DNA of 64,000 nt from Takakia lepidozioides (taxonomy: Eukaryota; Plantae; Bryophyta), in assembly GCA_030704615.1 (NCBI GenBank), contig CM060731.1:44950001-45014000 (forward strand). Direction: 5' to 3'. Positions 38,029-49,639 of the stretch are shown one piece after another. The notes below the pieces were generated by a model. It was not told the DNA's origin and did not search any database. It saw only the letters and a list, made by a program, of their open reading frames with translations. The stretch's first letter is position 1. Every line of letters begins with the position of its first letter. The position numbers and the translations under genes are program-made.

Positions 38029-38547
38029 TCTCATCCTTATCATCCCTCGCCTTTTGGAAAATTCCAGCCATAATTGAAGGGCAATTGGTTGTTGTACTTA
38101 ACTGCACGAATGTTCCCCTTTCTGTTGGAATGAGCCGCACGTCCTTTCCATGCTGACATACCCTTTCTTCTTCCTGCAGGATCCTTTGCCCAGCCCTGTT
38201 ATTTCTATCATTTGTGCCATCCTCTTGGCGTTTCCACAGCCTCCCCTCATTGCCAGTGAAGTGTTTCTTTCTCTTCCCTTTGTCTTTAAAGACACTCCAA
38301 CTGTTAGCTGCAGTACCCTTCGCTGATTTCTTATTGCCTTTGACCTCATGTATGTTTTCAATCATGTTTGAAGGGTGATCACTTGCTGCCATATGCATGA
38401 CTGTGTCCTTGACTGCTTCTCTTGTCTCAGTATGATGTTTAATTGTTGTCATGTCAGGCTGTGCTCAGCTGCACCGTGGTGTCTTCAAATGGATCAATTT
38501 TTCAGACACGGTCTTGCCAACTGAATGATGCAGGTTCACTTGGGAGA

Positions 38548-39183
38548 GTGCACTCCCCCTTTCCTCTATGCTTCTGTTTCATGTTCAAAGGTAGGCTTCC
38601 TTCCCTGAGTTTAAATTTCAGTCTAGTGCCGAGAGTGGGTGGACCCTTGAGGTCATCCAAGATGTCATCCCCCATGTCACTGACTAGAAACAAGTTCACG
38701 GACGTTTTATGCCTAACTTCATTTTCATCAGACAATCTCATGGCAATAGACATGGCTTTGGACACTACAACCTCTAAGTCTGATTTATCCAGCAGGGTCA
38801 AGACTTGCGGATCCAGGTCCAGGTCCTTGAGAATCTCTTCTACTCTGGCCTTGGGAAAACACCTTTTGATCTCAGTCCAGAAAGTGGTCAGAGGTACCAA
38901 TATCAGTTCTGTCGATCAACACATTGGCACACTGGGGAACAAATTTTTGTCCATTATGATATAGTCCACAATGGAACGTTCCCCAGTTTGGGATTTCTCA
39001 CGAGTCCACTGCACTTGGTCACCTCTTGTCTTGTTAATCAAGGTCAAAAGCTGAAGCTCTTCCAGACAGTTAATTAACCGTCTGCCATTAGAATTCAGCT
39101 CGTCCTCACCAGAAGACCCAATGATATCGTCCTGATGGAGCCCTTTGCCCACTTGGGCATTGAAGTCACCCTACAATAGCACC
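38548..39183 (-). mobile_element. Second, internally deleted fragment of the same LINE family (endonuclease piece joined to the C-terminal piece)
   Basis: GDFNAQVGKGLHQDDIIG...SIVDYII is joined near 38850 to RVEEILKDLDLDPQVLTLLDKS...LGTRLKFKLREGSLPLN, highly similar to 55075-55370 and 56660-56740. Confidence 0.9.
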
Positions 39184-40243
39184 ACAGAGATGAAGAGAAG
39201 CTTTGGAATGAGACACTTTTCTGACCCCAGTCGATGGTGGGACAATGTGGGTGGATGGTCAACTGGAAACAGCAGCGGCAACAGCGCAATTGATAAAGCA
39301 AGGCACTGCTGATGAAAGGTACCTTCTTCAACGTATTTCAGCCTGAGGGCACCTTCTGGTTTGATCTGTTTCAGCCTGTTTTTCCCTCTCATCAGACTCA
39401 GCCCTGAAGCATATGTATTGAATTTTGTAAGTTAGCTCGTTGGGTGGATCTGCGGTGCTCTGGAGTGACTTTGCAAGTTGCTGCCGAGGTGGTAGCATGA
39501 CAGTACCTAAAAAAAGATAATAGATAGAACAAGGGACTGCTAATGAAGGTACCTTCTTCAACACATTTCAGCCTGTTTTTCCCTATTATCAGAGTCGTCC
39601 CTAGATTTCCAGATGGCGGATTCCAAGCTCCAGATTACTTATGATTCCATGTGGAATGATAGCTACAAGAAACCTGGATGGGTAGATGGTCAACTGGAAG
39701 CCACAATAGTAGCTGCAGAGGCATGATGTACGCATTGTTAGTGTGGAGGGAGGGGTAGCTGTTGATGCAGGGAGAGGATCGTGGGTGCAAAATCATCCAA
39801 GAGGGCCAGATTTGGAGCAAGGAACAGCGCTGGCAGGAGTTCTATAAATTTGATCCACAGCGGTGGGACAATATTGTCAACAAGGTGAGCTTTCTTCATG
39901 CAACATCGTAGGGAGTTTGACAGAACTTTGTATTTAAATATGTTAGTGTGGAGGGAGGGCTAGCCGCTGATGCAAGGATGGACTGTGGGTTCAGGATCAC
40001 CCAAGAGGGCTACCAGCAGTGGAAGTAGCAGCATTTGGTCAATAGCAGCAGCAAAAATTAACAACATCAAACTCATCAATCAGGTACTTGCTTCTGTATA
40101 CATTTCATCCTCTTATGAACGTAGTTCCTACTTGGACAGCCTATAGGGTTGTATAAAACAGTTCCAACCCGGGTGCTTTGTTATTGGTCTATCAAGGTCT
40201 GATTTGAAATGTTTTCATTTTGCATTTTGCAGGTGAACTCATC

Positions 40244-43200
40244 ATGGAAGATGAGTTGGAAGTAAAAGTCCTGCTTGTTGGAGGAGATGCATCACCAAAC
40301 AGGCTTGGTTCTGTGTTCACTATGCAAGGTGTCACATACAAATGCATCCGAGCAGAAATTATAGGTGATGAGCTTGTCTCAGCAAAATTTCATTTCCTTT
40401 CCATGGGGGGTAGTGTCCTTTCAGCCAAGCAAGAAGAGAGGATGGTTCTGAAAGGGGATACTGTACACATTAAGATTTCAGACCAAAATGATGGGGACCA
40501 AGGATTGAAAAGACCTCTATCTTCCAGTGGGTCTACGATCTTGCATGAGGACAGACCAGGCGAGGACCCGGCACCAGTGTCTACCAAGATGAGGATGGAC
40601 CCTGATACACCCTTTGCTTGGCGATGGTGGAAATGAAGACCATGCACATGAGCATGCACTTCAGCAGAGATCTGGTAGATTGTGCAGCTCGTTGGCTACA
40701 TCCAACGATATTCAAAAATGGCAGAAAGAGATTAGAGCCGTTGAAAGGCAAATCTCTGCAGAAGGACGATGTGACAAGTTTGAGCTGATGACAAAGGATC
40801 AACAAGGACAAGCAATGTTCCACATATGGTGTGTTGAGTGTGAGGATGTTTATGCACGGTCTGGGAAAAACAAACCATATGATGCATGTGCAAACTTTAT
40901 GAGATCTCATTTGAGGAGTGAGGGGCATCGCATAGCCTATGAGAGGCGTCATGGGAAGGGTTCATCACAATGTGTCATCAGCCCTGTAAATGCAGATGAA
41001 GCATTAGACGCAAAGAAGAACAGGGTGAAGGAGGCATTAGAGGAAGTCACTCGGTTTTGTGAGGACAATCCTGGAAACAGATTTGAGATTGTGGAAGCCA
41101 CAATTGGAGACTATTCGTAGTTGGGTTCCATAAGGATTAGGTGCCCACTGGATTCGAAGTGGCTACTCTTGTTTCCAAGGACAGGTTCTTTGCAATTTTC
41201 TTTGACAGAGCATGTGAAAGGAAAAACTCATGTCGATGCAAAGATTTGCCAGAAGGTTGGAAGTAGTGAAGGACCTTGCAAAAAGAGAGGAAGGCCTCCA
41301 AAGCCTATGATTGCCAAAGATGTAAAGCAACGGGATCTAAGCTCTTTCTTGGTCAGTCAACCTGTGTTGCCGTCCCCACCACTTGACAATCCAATTGTGG
41401 CATCAACAATGGGAGCATCCTCGTCACAAACTCCATATGCTTGTGTTGACGCTGCCCAACGGGGAGATCTGATCGAGGATTGACAATTACAGCAAAGGTC
41501 CCAATGCAACAAAGGAAGAGACAGTTTGTGTTGGGGCCTATGGGATGAATGGTGGGAGTACAACCAGCAGAGAATAAGTCTGAAACCATTCCTTCAAGAT
41601 AGCAAGGGAGGAAAGAAGTGGTATGTCGAGCCGTTGACAAATGCAACCATCACTCTAAACAATCAAGAGCATAAGGTTGTTGGTACGTTTCGGCACGCGG
41701 ATTGTTTTAGAGTGTCATTGGATGGGGAGCCATTTCCAAACTTGAGATGTTCAGCATGTTCTTCCATTCCCTTGGAAAATGACTTCAGAATGAGGGTATA
41801 TAGAGAAAGAGGTACCATGGAATGTAGAGGGGAGAGAGATACTGGCAAGGAAGAAGGTTGTCATATCTTGGAAATGCGGAGATTGTCAAACAAGTTTACA
41901 AAAACAGACAGGAGTTGAGGCAGTTGAGGTTCAAATTGTGGGAGGCCAGGACCAAAGTGGCATTATTGTTTGTGCGATGTAGGAGTTTGAAGGAGTCTGG
42001 GATTGAGGCAATTGAAAGAGGAGATGTTCTCAAATTTTGTCATGATATTGTTGATGCACATAGGAGGGGGGATTTTGAAGGAAAAGAAAGTTTGTGGGAT
42101 TTTCTTGTTGATATGGGCAAGAATATTGACAGGTCTCCACAAGGGAAGAGGTATGGTACTAGCACAAATAATGTTTGAGACTGTGCAGCTTTGGGGGGGT
42201 CCGAGATTGCATCATTTTTTGGCTTCAAATGTGGGGGGTCCTTCTATTGATACTACAAGACGGTCTTTGAGGAAAGGTTTGAAGTATAGAGCGGGAGAAA
42301 CGGATGATATATTTCAGCATGTGGCTGGAATTTACAGAGATGTGATGGAAGATGCAAATATTCCATTGGGAAGCATCCCAGTGATGGTGGCCGAAGATGA
42401 AATTGTTGTGAAGCGATTGGTACGTTGGATTGCTAGGGATGACACCCTTCTCGGGTTTTGTGGGCTTCAAGACAACCATGTATGTATTTCAAATTTTGTG
42501 GTGCAAGTGGGAGAAGGGGAATCAGGGTACCAACATATTGTGGAGGCATTCAAAAACAATGTGGTTGCCCATTATGCTAGAGTGTTGATAGCAAATCCTC
42601 TACATGTACGGTTACCTCGATTGGTATTGGTAATCCAGCTCACTTGCAATAGATTTGACAACAATTTTGTGAGATCACAATGGGAAGTGGTGAGACAGTT
42701 GTGGGACAAATATGTGAGGGACGTGGTTGGGCCTATAATTGGGCATGCTTCAGACGGAGATAGTAGGAGGAGAAAAGTGATGTTAGAAGATTATGCCAAT
42801 GGGGCTGGAAATAGATTTTGCATCCCTTGGGAAGGATGGTTGTTTACAGGTCGAGTGTGCAACGGGGGAGATATATACGGACTCCATGATCAGGACTTCA
42901 TCCACAATGGGAAAAAATTGGTAAATCCCTTGGACAGTGCATCACGGACTTTGGTGTTGGGTGATGAGGTTGCTACATTGAATCATGTGTTATTGGTCTA
43001 CCATTCATTTTCAGTGGACAAGCATGGACTTCAGGAATGTGATATCAAAAGAGAAGATCGACAGAATTGGGCAGCAGCTCAACGACTGGCATCTCGGAAG
43101 GTGCAAGCTTGTTTGAGGGAGTTACAATCAACTGTGAATCATCGAAGAGAGATGACCAAAGGTACTGAAATTTACCTATATATCATTTCATGCTACATCG

Positions 43201-44650
43201 ACATTTTTTTGTCTCCTCACATGTCATTGTGTGAGAGGGTACAATCTGCTGTGAAGGTATCATTTTTTTTCAGATTGTGGAAGTTGTGGCTATTCCAGCA
43301 CAAGGTGTATAATCTGAAATCCTTCTTCATTAGCAGGGAAGCATACTTGGATTTACAAATTTCATGCCACTACGTGGTTCTACTTATCAAATTGTTCAAG
43401 GATAAGTTTAATCATGTGCAAGTTCCTTTGAGCCTTGTTGGTTCAGATGTGTGTGAAATATTCTTCAACAAAGTGGGAGGTATGTCACGGAATGAGAGGA
43501 CATATGACGGGTGTGATTTGATTGAGAGTGCGGGAGCATTAACACGCATATCCGAGTTCGAGGCGAATCCAAAAGGACCCAAGTTCTCAAGAGCTCACAA
43601 GAAACAAGAACACATATGGTCTTCTTTGGAGAAGAAGCCAGGTATCCCCCTTGCTGATTTGTCCGACTTTCTACTGTCCAATCGGATGATTACATTGTGG
43701 AGGCTTTGAAAACTGGATTTCTAGAAGCGCAACTTTTATGCCATAAACTTGGGATGAAACCAAACAAAGCAACAAACTTGGATTGGTGGAATGAGCCATG
43801 GACAATTGAGAGACAAATGGAGGTCGAGCTATTCAAAAGCATGGAAGAGGAGGGTGATGATGTCAATGCCATAGATTCTATTTGTCCTCTTAATGCAGAC
43901 ACACATATTCAAAATGAGGTCGTGGAAGATGAATTGGTGTGCGGGCCTTCGAATTCAATGGAGGATGTTTTGAGCCAACCTTTGGATGATCATGCGGAAG
44001 AGGTACTTGTTCAAAGTGAATTGAGACATACTCTGGATGCTGTCATTGATGAGTTTGAACAAGAGAAAGATGGATCGAAGGCAGTGGTTCCATTTGTCAA
44101 AGTAGACGGGAAGACCATATTCAAAAGCACTTTGGTTAGCCAACTCAATGGCAACCTCTCTATCCAAGGATAGATTGACACGAGTAAGAAGTGCATCGAT
44201 GTTGTTTTGCCGAGAAAACAAACCAACTACCAGCAACAAAGCCACGAGCTTGGGATTGGGTTCGGATTGTGCTGTATTTTTTGTTGATGGGGAGACTGCG
44301 ATCCAAACTACAAACAGGAAAGGTAGACCAGGGAAAACCTGCAGAGGAGCAACCAAAGGCACTTGGTATTTGGGCAGGGTTCAAAGAATGCGGAAGAAAA
44401 TCAATAAGCGGTTTGTAGAATGTAGGGATTCTGTTGATTTATTGGAGCGTCCTTCTCATATGGAGATTGGGTTAGCATGGTACCAAAAATTCGAGGAGGG
44501 GTCTATACGTACGATTTGACGGATAACATGATGGTTGATTTGGATTCCATTATCGCGTTAGCATGTTTAAAGTACAATGTCAAGTCAAACACATATGTTC
44601 TTGATGCAAATGACCGAAAAGTCTTTGACAACTTTATCAAAGGCAAATAA
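40244..44650 (+). pseudogene. P-element/THAP9-like DDE transposase, ~1,470 codons, with several stops and frameshifts
   Basis: Motifs in P-family order: VAEDEIVVK (D at 42396), HASDGDS (D at 42753), DQDFIHNGKKLVN (DxxH..K...N at 42894) and GSDVCEIFFNKV (E at 43455). The N-terminus has CVEC...HLRSEGH and CPLD...HVKGKTH finger-like motifs and the AT-hook KKRGRPPK. An acceptor TTTTGCAG precedes the ATG at 40244, and the frame ends FDNFIKGK* at 44650. Confidence 0.8.
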
Positions 44651-44953
44651 TTTTTTTAATTAATTTGTTAGATTTTATTATGTTTTAAATGAATAAATTC
44701 GATATAATATAAAAACATACATATACATATTGGAGGGTTATTTTTAATGATGAAAAATGAGAATATACGTACAGAAGGGGGTACTTTTCGAAAATTGTAA
44801 ATTTTTGTATATTTACAGGAGGGGATTTTATAATCTTCAAAAAGTATGTACAGAGGGGGTATAAATTATCCAAGGACCCATATACAGGGGGTTTTTTTAT
44901 TAGGCGACGAACGCACGTGATACGCACAGTTTATAAAGAGTGCACCCCCCGGG

Positions 44954-45057
44954 GCTACTGTCACCCCTAAGGCTCCTGTTGGTCTCAGTCTGTGCAAAAA
45001 TTAAGGGTACCCCATAGATCCTGTATAAGTGTCTAAGTCCCAGACAGTCCTCTAACA
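44954..45057 (-). repeat. First 104 bp of the Gypsy 3' LTR (inverted)
   Basis: The reverse complement reads TGTTAGAGGACTGTCTGGGAC...GGGGTGACAGTAGC and matches 35477-35580 with three substitutions. Confidence 0.96.
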
Positions 45058-45060
45058 TTA

Positions 45061-45074
45061 CCCCTTCCCCTCTC
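45061..45074 (-). promoter_or_regulatory. Polypurine tract
   Basis: GAGAGGGGAAGGGG on the minus strand, 3 nt before the TG of the 3' LTR. Confidence 0.9.
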
Positions 45075-45447
45075 AAAAAGCCGTGTCCTCACGGTTTACT
45101 GATTGGGATTAGCAATCCTTTGTGAGCGAGCACCTTTCTGACGTTGAGAGTTTCGTGGCGGACTGTGTGTACGAGCCCGAGGTCTGTCACTGGTTGACGG
45201 AGATGATTGAACACTACCTGGATATGTGAGGCCCTCTGGAGGCTGATATCAAGGTAACCTTTCAAGCATATGAGACCCCCGTCGCTTCTTTTCTGCCATC
45301 TGAATTGCATAGTCTTCTCCCATGTCAAAAGAGTCCGCTGAAGAAACAGTTGTATCAGAATCCTCATCGCCTCTCAGGTGTTTTAATTGTCGAACTTTTT
45401 GTGGAGTCCTCTGGGGCATACAATGTTGTCCTACCATGTCTGGAAGT

Positions 45448-48400
45448 TTATATTTTAAAACTTGCTGTAAACGCTGAATGGCAAATTGGTGAAGACCCTG
45501 AGCTCCTTTCTGTCCAGGTGAGTGGGGTACCAATGACTTGTGAATTGTGCAAGTATTTCCATGCCACATGTCCCTTATAGAAAATATCATTAATGCTGAA
45601 TTTCTGTGTTGACAAATTGTTGCAGGCCACATGAAACCATGAACGAATTTGAGAATCCTTTTGTATCATAACTTTTGCCTCATATAAGTACATATGAGGT
45701 GGCACTGAAGGTAAGACCCAATGATCCCCACTGGAATAACTCACAAAGCGCGATTGCATCTTGTGCTGCTCAATGTGATAACGTACCAGAAAACAAGCAG
45801 CGTAGTATAACCCGCATCCCATGACAATACTTGCTACCTCCTTGGTCTTGGTATAAATGAATCCATGTACAACTTGGAAAGCAATTAATTCCTTCAACAT
45901 GGTACCTGCCTCATGCCAGTACTGTGCAAAGTGATGATCCTCAACTGGTCGATTGTTCAGAAGAACTTTAGTCCTAGTTGCCACTGGCAGCCAAATGCGC
46001 ATGATTTGATAGTAATGTGCGAATGACTGCGAAGGACTAAATTCTTTCCAAACCAAATCCAACACAATGGGAATTTGGTTGAAGGGCATAATCATAGCCC
46101 TATTGTACTCCCTTGCAGCTGGAGTTTTAGGTGGGTTAAAAGCAGCATTGCCCCATACGTCAGGCTGTGGTGGTTGTGGCGTGGCTTTAGTAACAACAGG
46201 GTCAGCTACTGGCACAGTAACTTGTTGTGGTGTTGGTGGCACTGGCTCTTGTATCATTAGCATCTCCTGCACCTGCTGTGAAGAAGATAGAAAAGCCAAA
46301 GTTCTGGCTTGTAAATAAGAAGTCATTAGCTGTTCCTCAGGTATATAGACTCTTTTGTCAATATCTGAAGTTAGGTCCTCCACTTGAGTCTGCAGTCCGT
46401 CTACATCCTCCTGTAACTCCGCTATCCTACTATAGACATTGTCTATAGTAGTTGTGGCAATGTCCTGCACTTGCAATCTGAGCTCATTCATCTCGCTTTG
46501 GGTGAGCTTTCGTGGTGTTTTGCCCTCCACTGGCCCTTGTGCTAACCAGACCTGCATAAGGTGGTTATCCACCAAGTTGCTTGTGGTTCCTCTGAGAGTG
46601 TGCTCCTCTCTGAGTTTGTACACATCTAACTGCTGTTGTAAAGCCTCCATGCACTTCGCATGAGGTTCAACCAAATTCGCATAAGCAACAAGCAGATTAT
46701 TGGCTTCCTTCCAAGCCTTGTTAGTGACCGAGATTTCATTTCTATTGGCCATGACCGTTTGTTGCAACTCCAGGATGTGCTTCTCTTGGTCAGCTTCAAC
46801 CTGCCTGTATTGCTTGAAAGTATCCTCATTGCGACAGATTGTATTCTTCATATTGACAATGAGTTTCATTTGCTCAACATTCTCTTCTTCTGCCTTCGTA
46901 CATTTTTCCGCTTGACTGTTTATTTCTTTTGTAGATTGGTCAAGCATAGTTGTGAGTGTAGCACATTGTATGGCCATCCTGTCATGCACTGTCTGCAACT
47001 CCATATGTAGTGCATTCACTTCTTGCAACTTGCTTTCATGCTTCACCTGCATTTGGTATAGCTGTTGCTTATGTGCTTCGTGCAAATGTTCTTGTGCGAG
47101 GCCTGCCTCAATCAATTGTTCCTTGGCCAATTGCAAAGCCGCTTCTGTACTATCCAAGTTTTGCTGCATTTTGAGAGTGACCTCTTCATCGACCTTGTTT
47201 GCACACTCTGTGGCAAGTCGAGCCTCAAACTCTTGCCTGAGTTCCTCCCTCAAAGCTGCCAATTGAGTAGTGGGAACATGGGATTTGACATAAGTACCCA
47301 ACAAATTCAGTGTCCTGCTTATGGAACTCATAAGCATAGCCTGTTGAGGGTCATCATGGTCAGCTTGCTGCTGTTCTCCCTGATCCTCAACAGTGTGATG
47401 CCTTATGAACCATTCAGGCCATTGCCCCACCAGATTTTCTTCCTGAACCACTTCATCCGTCACTGGTGCTGCAGTGTCTTGGCATTCTACCTGTGGTACC
47501 TCCGTCCATGTGTGTGTATTATATGTGCCGCAGGGTTTCCCTTGGACAATCGTTGCACCTCCGGAATCACTGTGTCCTTGACCATACCAGAATATTCATA
47601 GAGAAGGTCCCCTTCTCTATTTCTGCCACCACCTATTCTGTAGTGGGAATATCTAACCCTTCTTTTTCTAAATCAATTATTTCGGGTTGAACTGCATGGA
47701 CAACTTGTGGTAACCTTGTGACAAGCCGATCCTCTGGCTGTGATGGCTGTGATACTGAAGTAACTTGCTCTTCCCTCTGTGAAGGTCCTGCTTCCAGTAA
47801 TAGCAGTTCTCTGTGCTGCTGTGCCCCTTCCTGCACAAAAACTTGGGAAACATTATCATGCGGATTCCGTGAAGCCAGTGGATCCGCCACTACAGTCTTT
47901 CCCCGCCTCTGTCTCTTATTCTTGGGTTGCCCTGCCAGTCCACCCTCACTGTGTGAAGAGCCTTGCTCTTCCATTGCAGTGGTTTCTGGCTCAAACACTC
48001 CCATCTCCTTTCTTTCTCGCGCATCAAGTATGCCAGAATCAAGAATTATTTGAGCAATGATTGGGCCAGACACTATGATAGGAGACTTTGCGGCAGTACC
48101 CTGTAATCTTTTCATCTCCTCTACCAGTGCGTTGTACATTATGTCCGCCCATTCTACCTCTTCTCCTCTCAGGGCTTTGAGTATTTCCTCTGTGAAGGAT
48201 CTGCTCAAATACTGTTGGTTCTGTTTCATGGCAAACAGAACGTTCAATACCTGGCCTACCTCCTTTAGCCCTGGGTACACGGCCTTGGTACAAGCATAAC
48301 CCTAAGTTTTAAAGAAACTCCCTTCTTGGAATAAGTCCCCTATTTGCAGTCTTGCCCTATGCTCCTCCACATGCACCTGGCCTGCTGGCAATCGAAACAA

Positions 48401-48682
48401 TTGCTGGAGGTATAGGGGAGTAATTACTAATTCAACTCCCTTCACCGTTGTTGCTCCTGTCCTTGGCTCAAAGTTCTGCAAGAATTGTAACATGTACTGT
48501 CTATGGTGCAATGTCCAATCTTTGCTTTGCAATCCTTGCAATCTCAGCTCCTTCAGTATCTGTATCGCCTGTGGGGTAGCAATCGTTTGTTTCTGCAGAA
48601 TTGTGGTGCTCTTCACCCTGATTTCCTCCATTCCTCTCACTCTCTTCATTCTAGACCCACAGAAATGTTTTGGCTGTAACAA
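45448..48682 (-). pseudogene. Large extra ORF between pol and the 3' LTR (plant-transposon-protein-like N-terminus plus long coiled coil), broken into 126, 215 and 671 aa pieces
   Basis: 48302..48682 and 47633..48280 share a frame across one TAG and contain VKGVELVITPLYLQQLFRLPAG and GEEVEWADIMYNALVEEM, which resemble Athila-type extra-ORF domains. 45448..47463 is Q/E/L-rich and heptad-like. All are in the same sense as pol. Confidence 0.65.
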
Positions 48683-49359
48683 CTAAAGAAATGCCTGTAG
48701 TGCACAAAGCATAAACGTATGGTTGCCACAAAAAGCTATGGGTAATTTCTTGTAAGCCTCCGGGGCTTGCAAGCATCACTCAAGAGAAAAGATCCGCTCT
48801 GTTGTTTCGTCCCTATGCCACTGCGTAAGTAATATTGCGAGCGTATAGTCTGTTACTTCCTCCATAGTTTCAAAGCTATAGCATTGATGGTTTGTCTCGT
48901 CGAGACGCCCGTTACTTAGAACGACGCCGACTCTTGCGCTTAATTTCCCTCCAATTTCTTGATCCCTTCTCTGGCTTTCTATTGGCTGTAACCGCTGTGA
49001 CTGGATTTTAGATTTAATTTTCTTTAGTGGACTTTCCCTGCTGGACTGTCCACTAGGATAACACATGTGACAAGAATTTCGCTTTTCTGTACTTGCTGTT
49101 TGTTCTGTTGCCCCTTTTCTGTATTCATTAATGGGCCCGCCATTCATCCAATTTGACGCACTGATTAGGTATTTTGACGGCCATTCTTGTCCCCTTTCTT
49201 GATGACATCCGTTCTTGCACTTCTTTCTCAGTTGTGTGTGGCGCCTTGACTTCCACGTGTCCCTTTGTAAACTGGCTTCCGTCCTTTCTTCCGCCGGCCA
49301 TTTCACTGAAGTTATCCTGCGTCCATCTGTCACTGATTCTATGGATTGTGTAACCCTAG

Positions 49360-49530
49360 TAGGCTGTGTTAAGCTGTGATAGGCTGTGTCATACTGTGGT
49401 ATGCCATGATAGGCTGTGATACACTGTGGTAAGCTGTGATACACTGTGGTAAGCTGTGATAGGCTGTGATGCACTGTGGTAGGTCGTGATAGGCTGTGTT
49501 GCGCCGTGCTGGGCTGTGATAGGCTGTGTC
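49360..49530. repeat. ~10-bp tandem array (GGCTGTGATA / CACTGTGGTA) downstream of the integrase
   Basis: About 16 CTGTG-core units; the reverse complement shares the CACAG core of the LTR array. Confidence 0.9.
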
Positions 49531-49639
49531 TCGCTTGTTCTGCCCGCCCTGGTCATATATGCTCGGCCTAGCGACAAGTGCTCCATACTCCGTTGGTAAC
49601 ACTGGCGCAGCCCGTGACTGCTTTTGCTTTTCAACATGC

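Larger units (their letters stand above)
38029..44953 (+). mobile_element. Main body and 3' arm of the P-element-like DNA transposon with CCCGGGGGG termini
   Basis: It contains the transposase and TACAGRRGGGG subterminal repeats (44765-44895). The terminus is ...GAGTGCACCCCCCGGG at 44953, followed by the TSD copy GCTACTGT (44954-44961). Confidence 0.88.
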
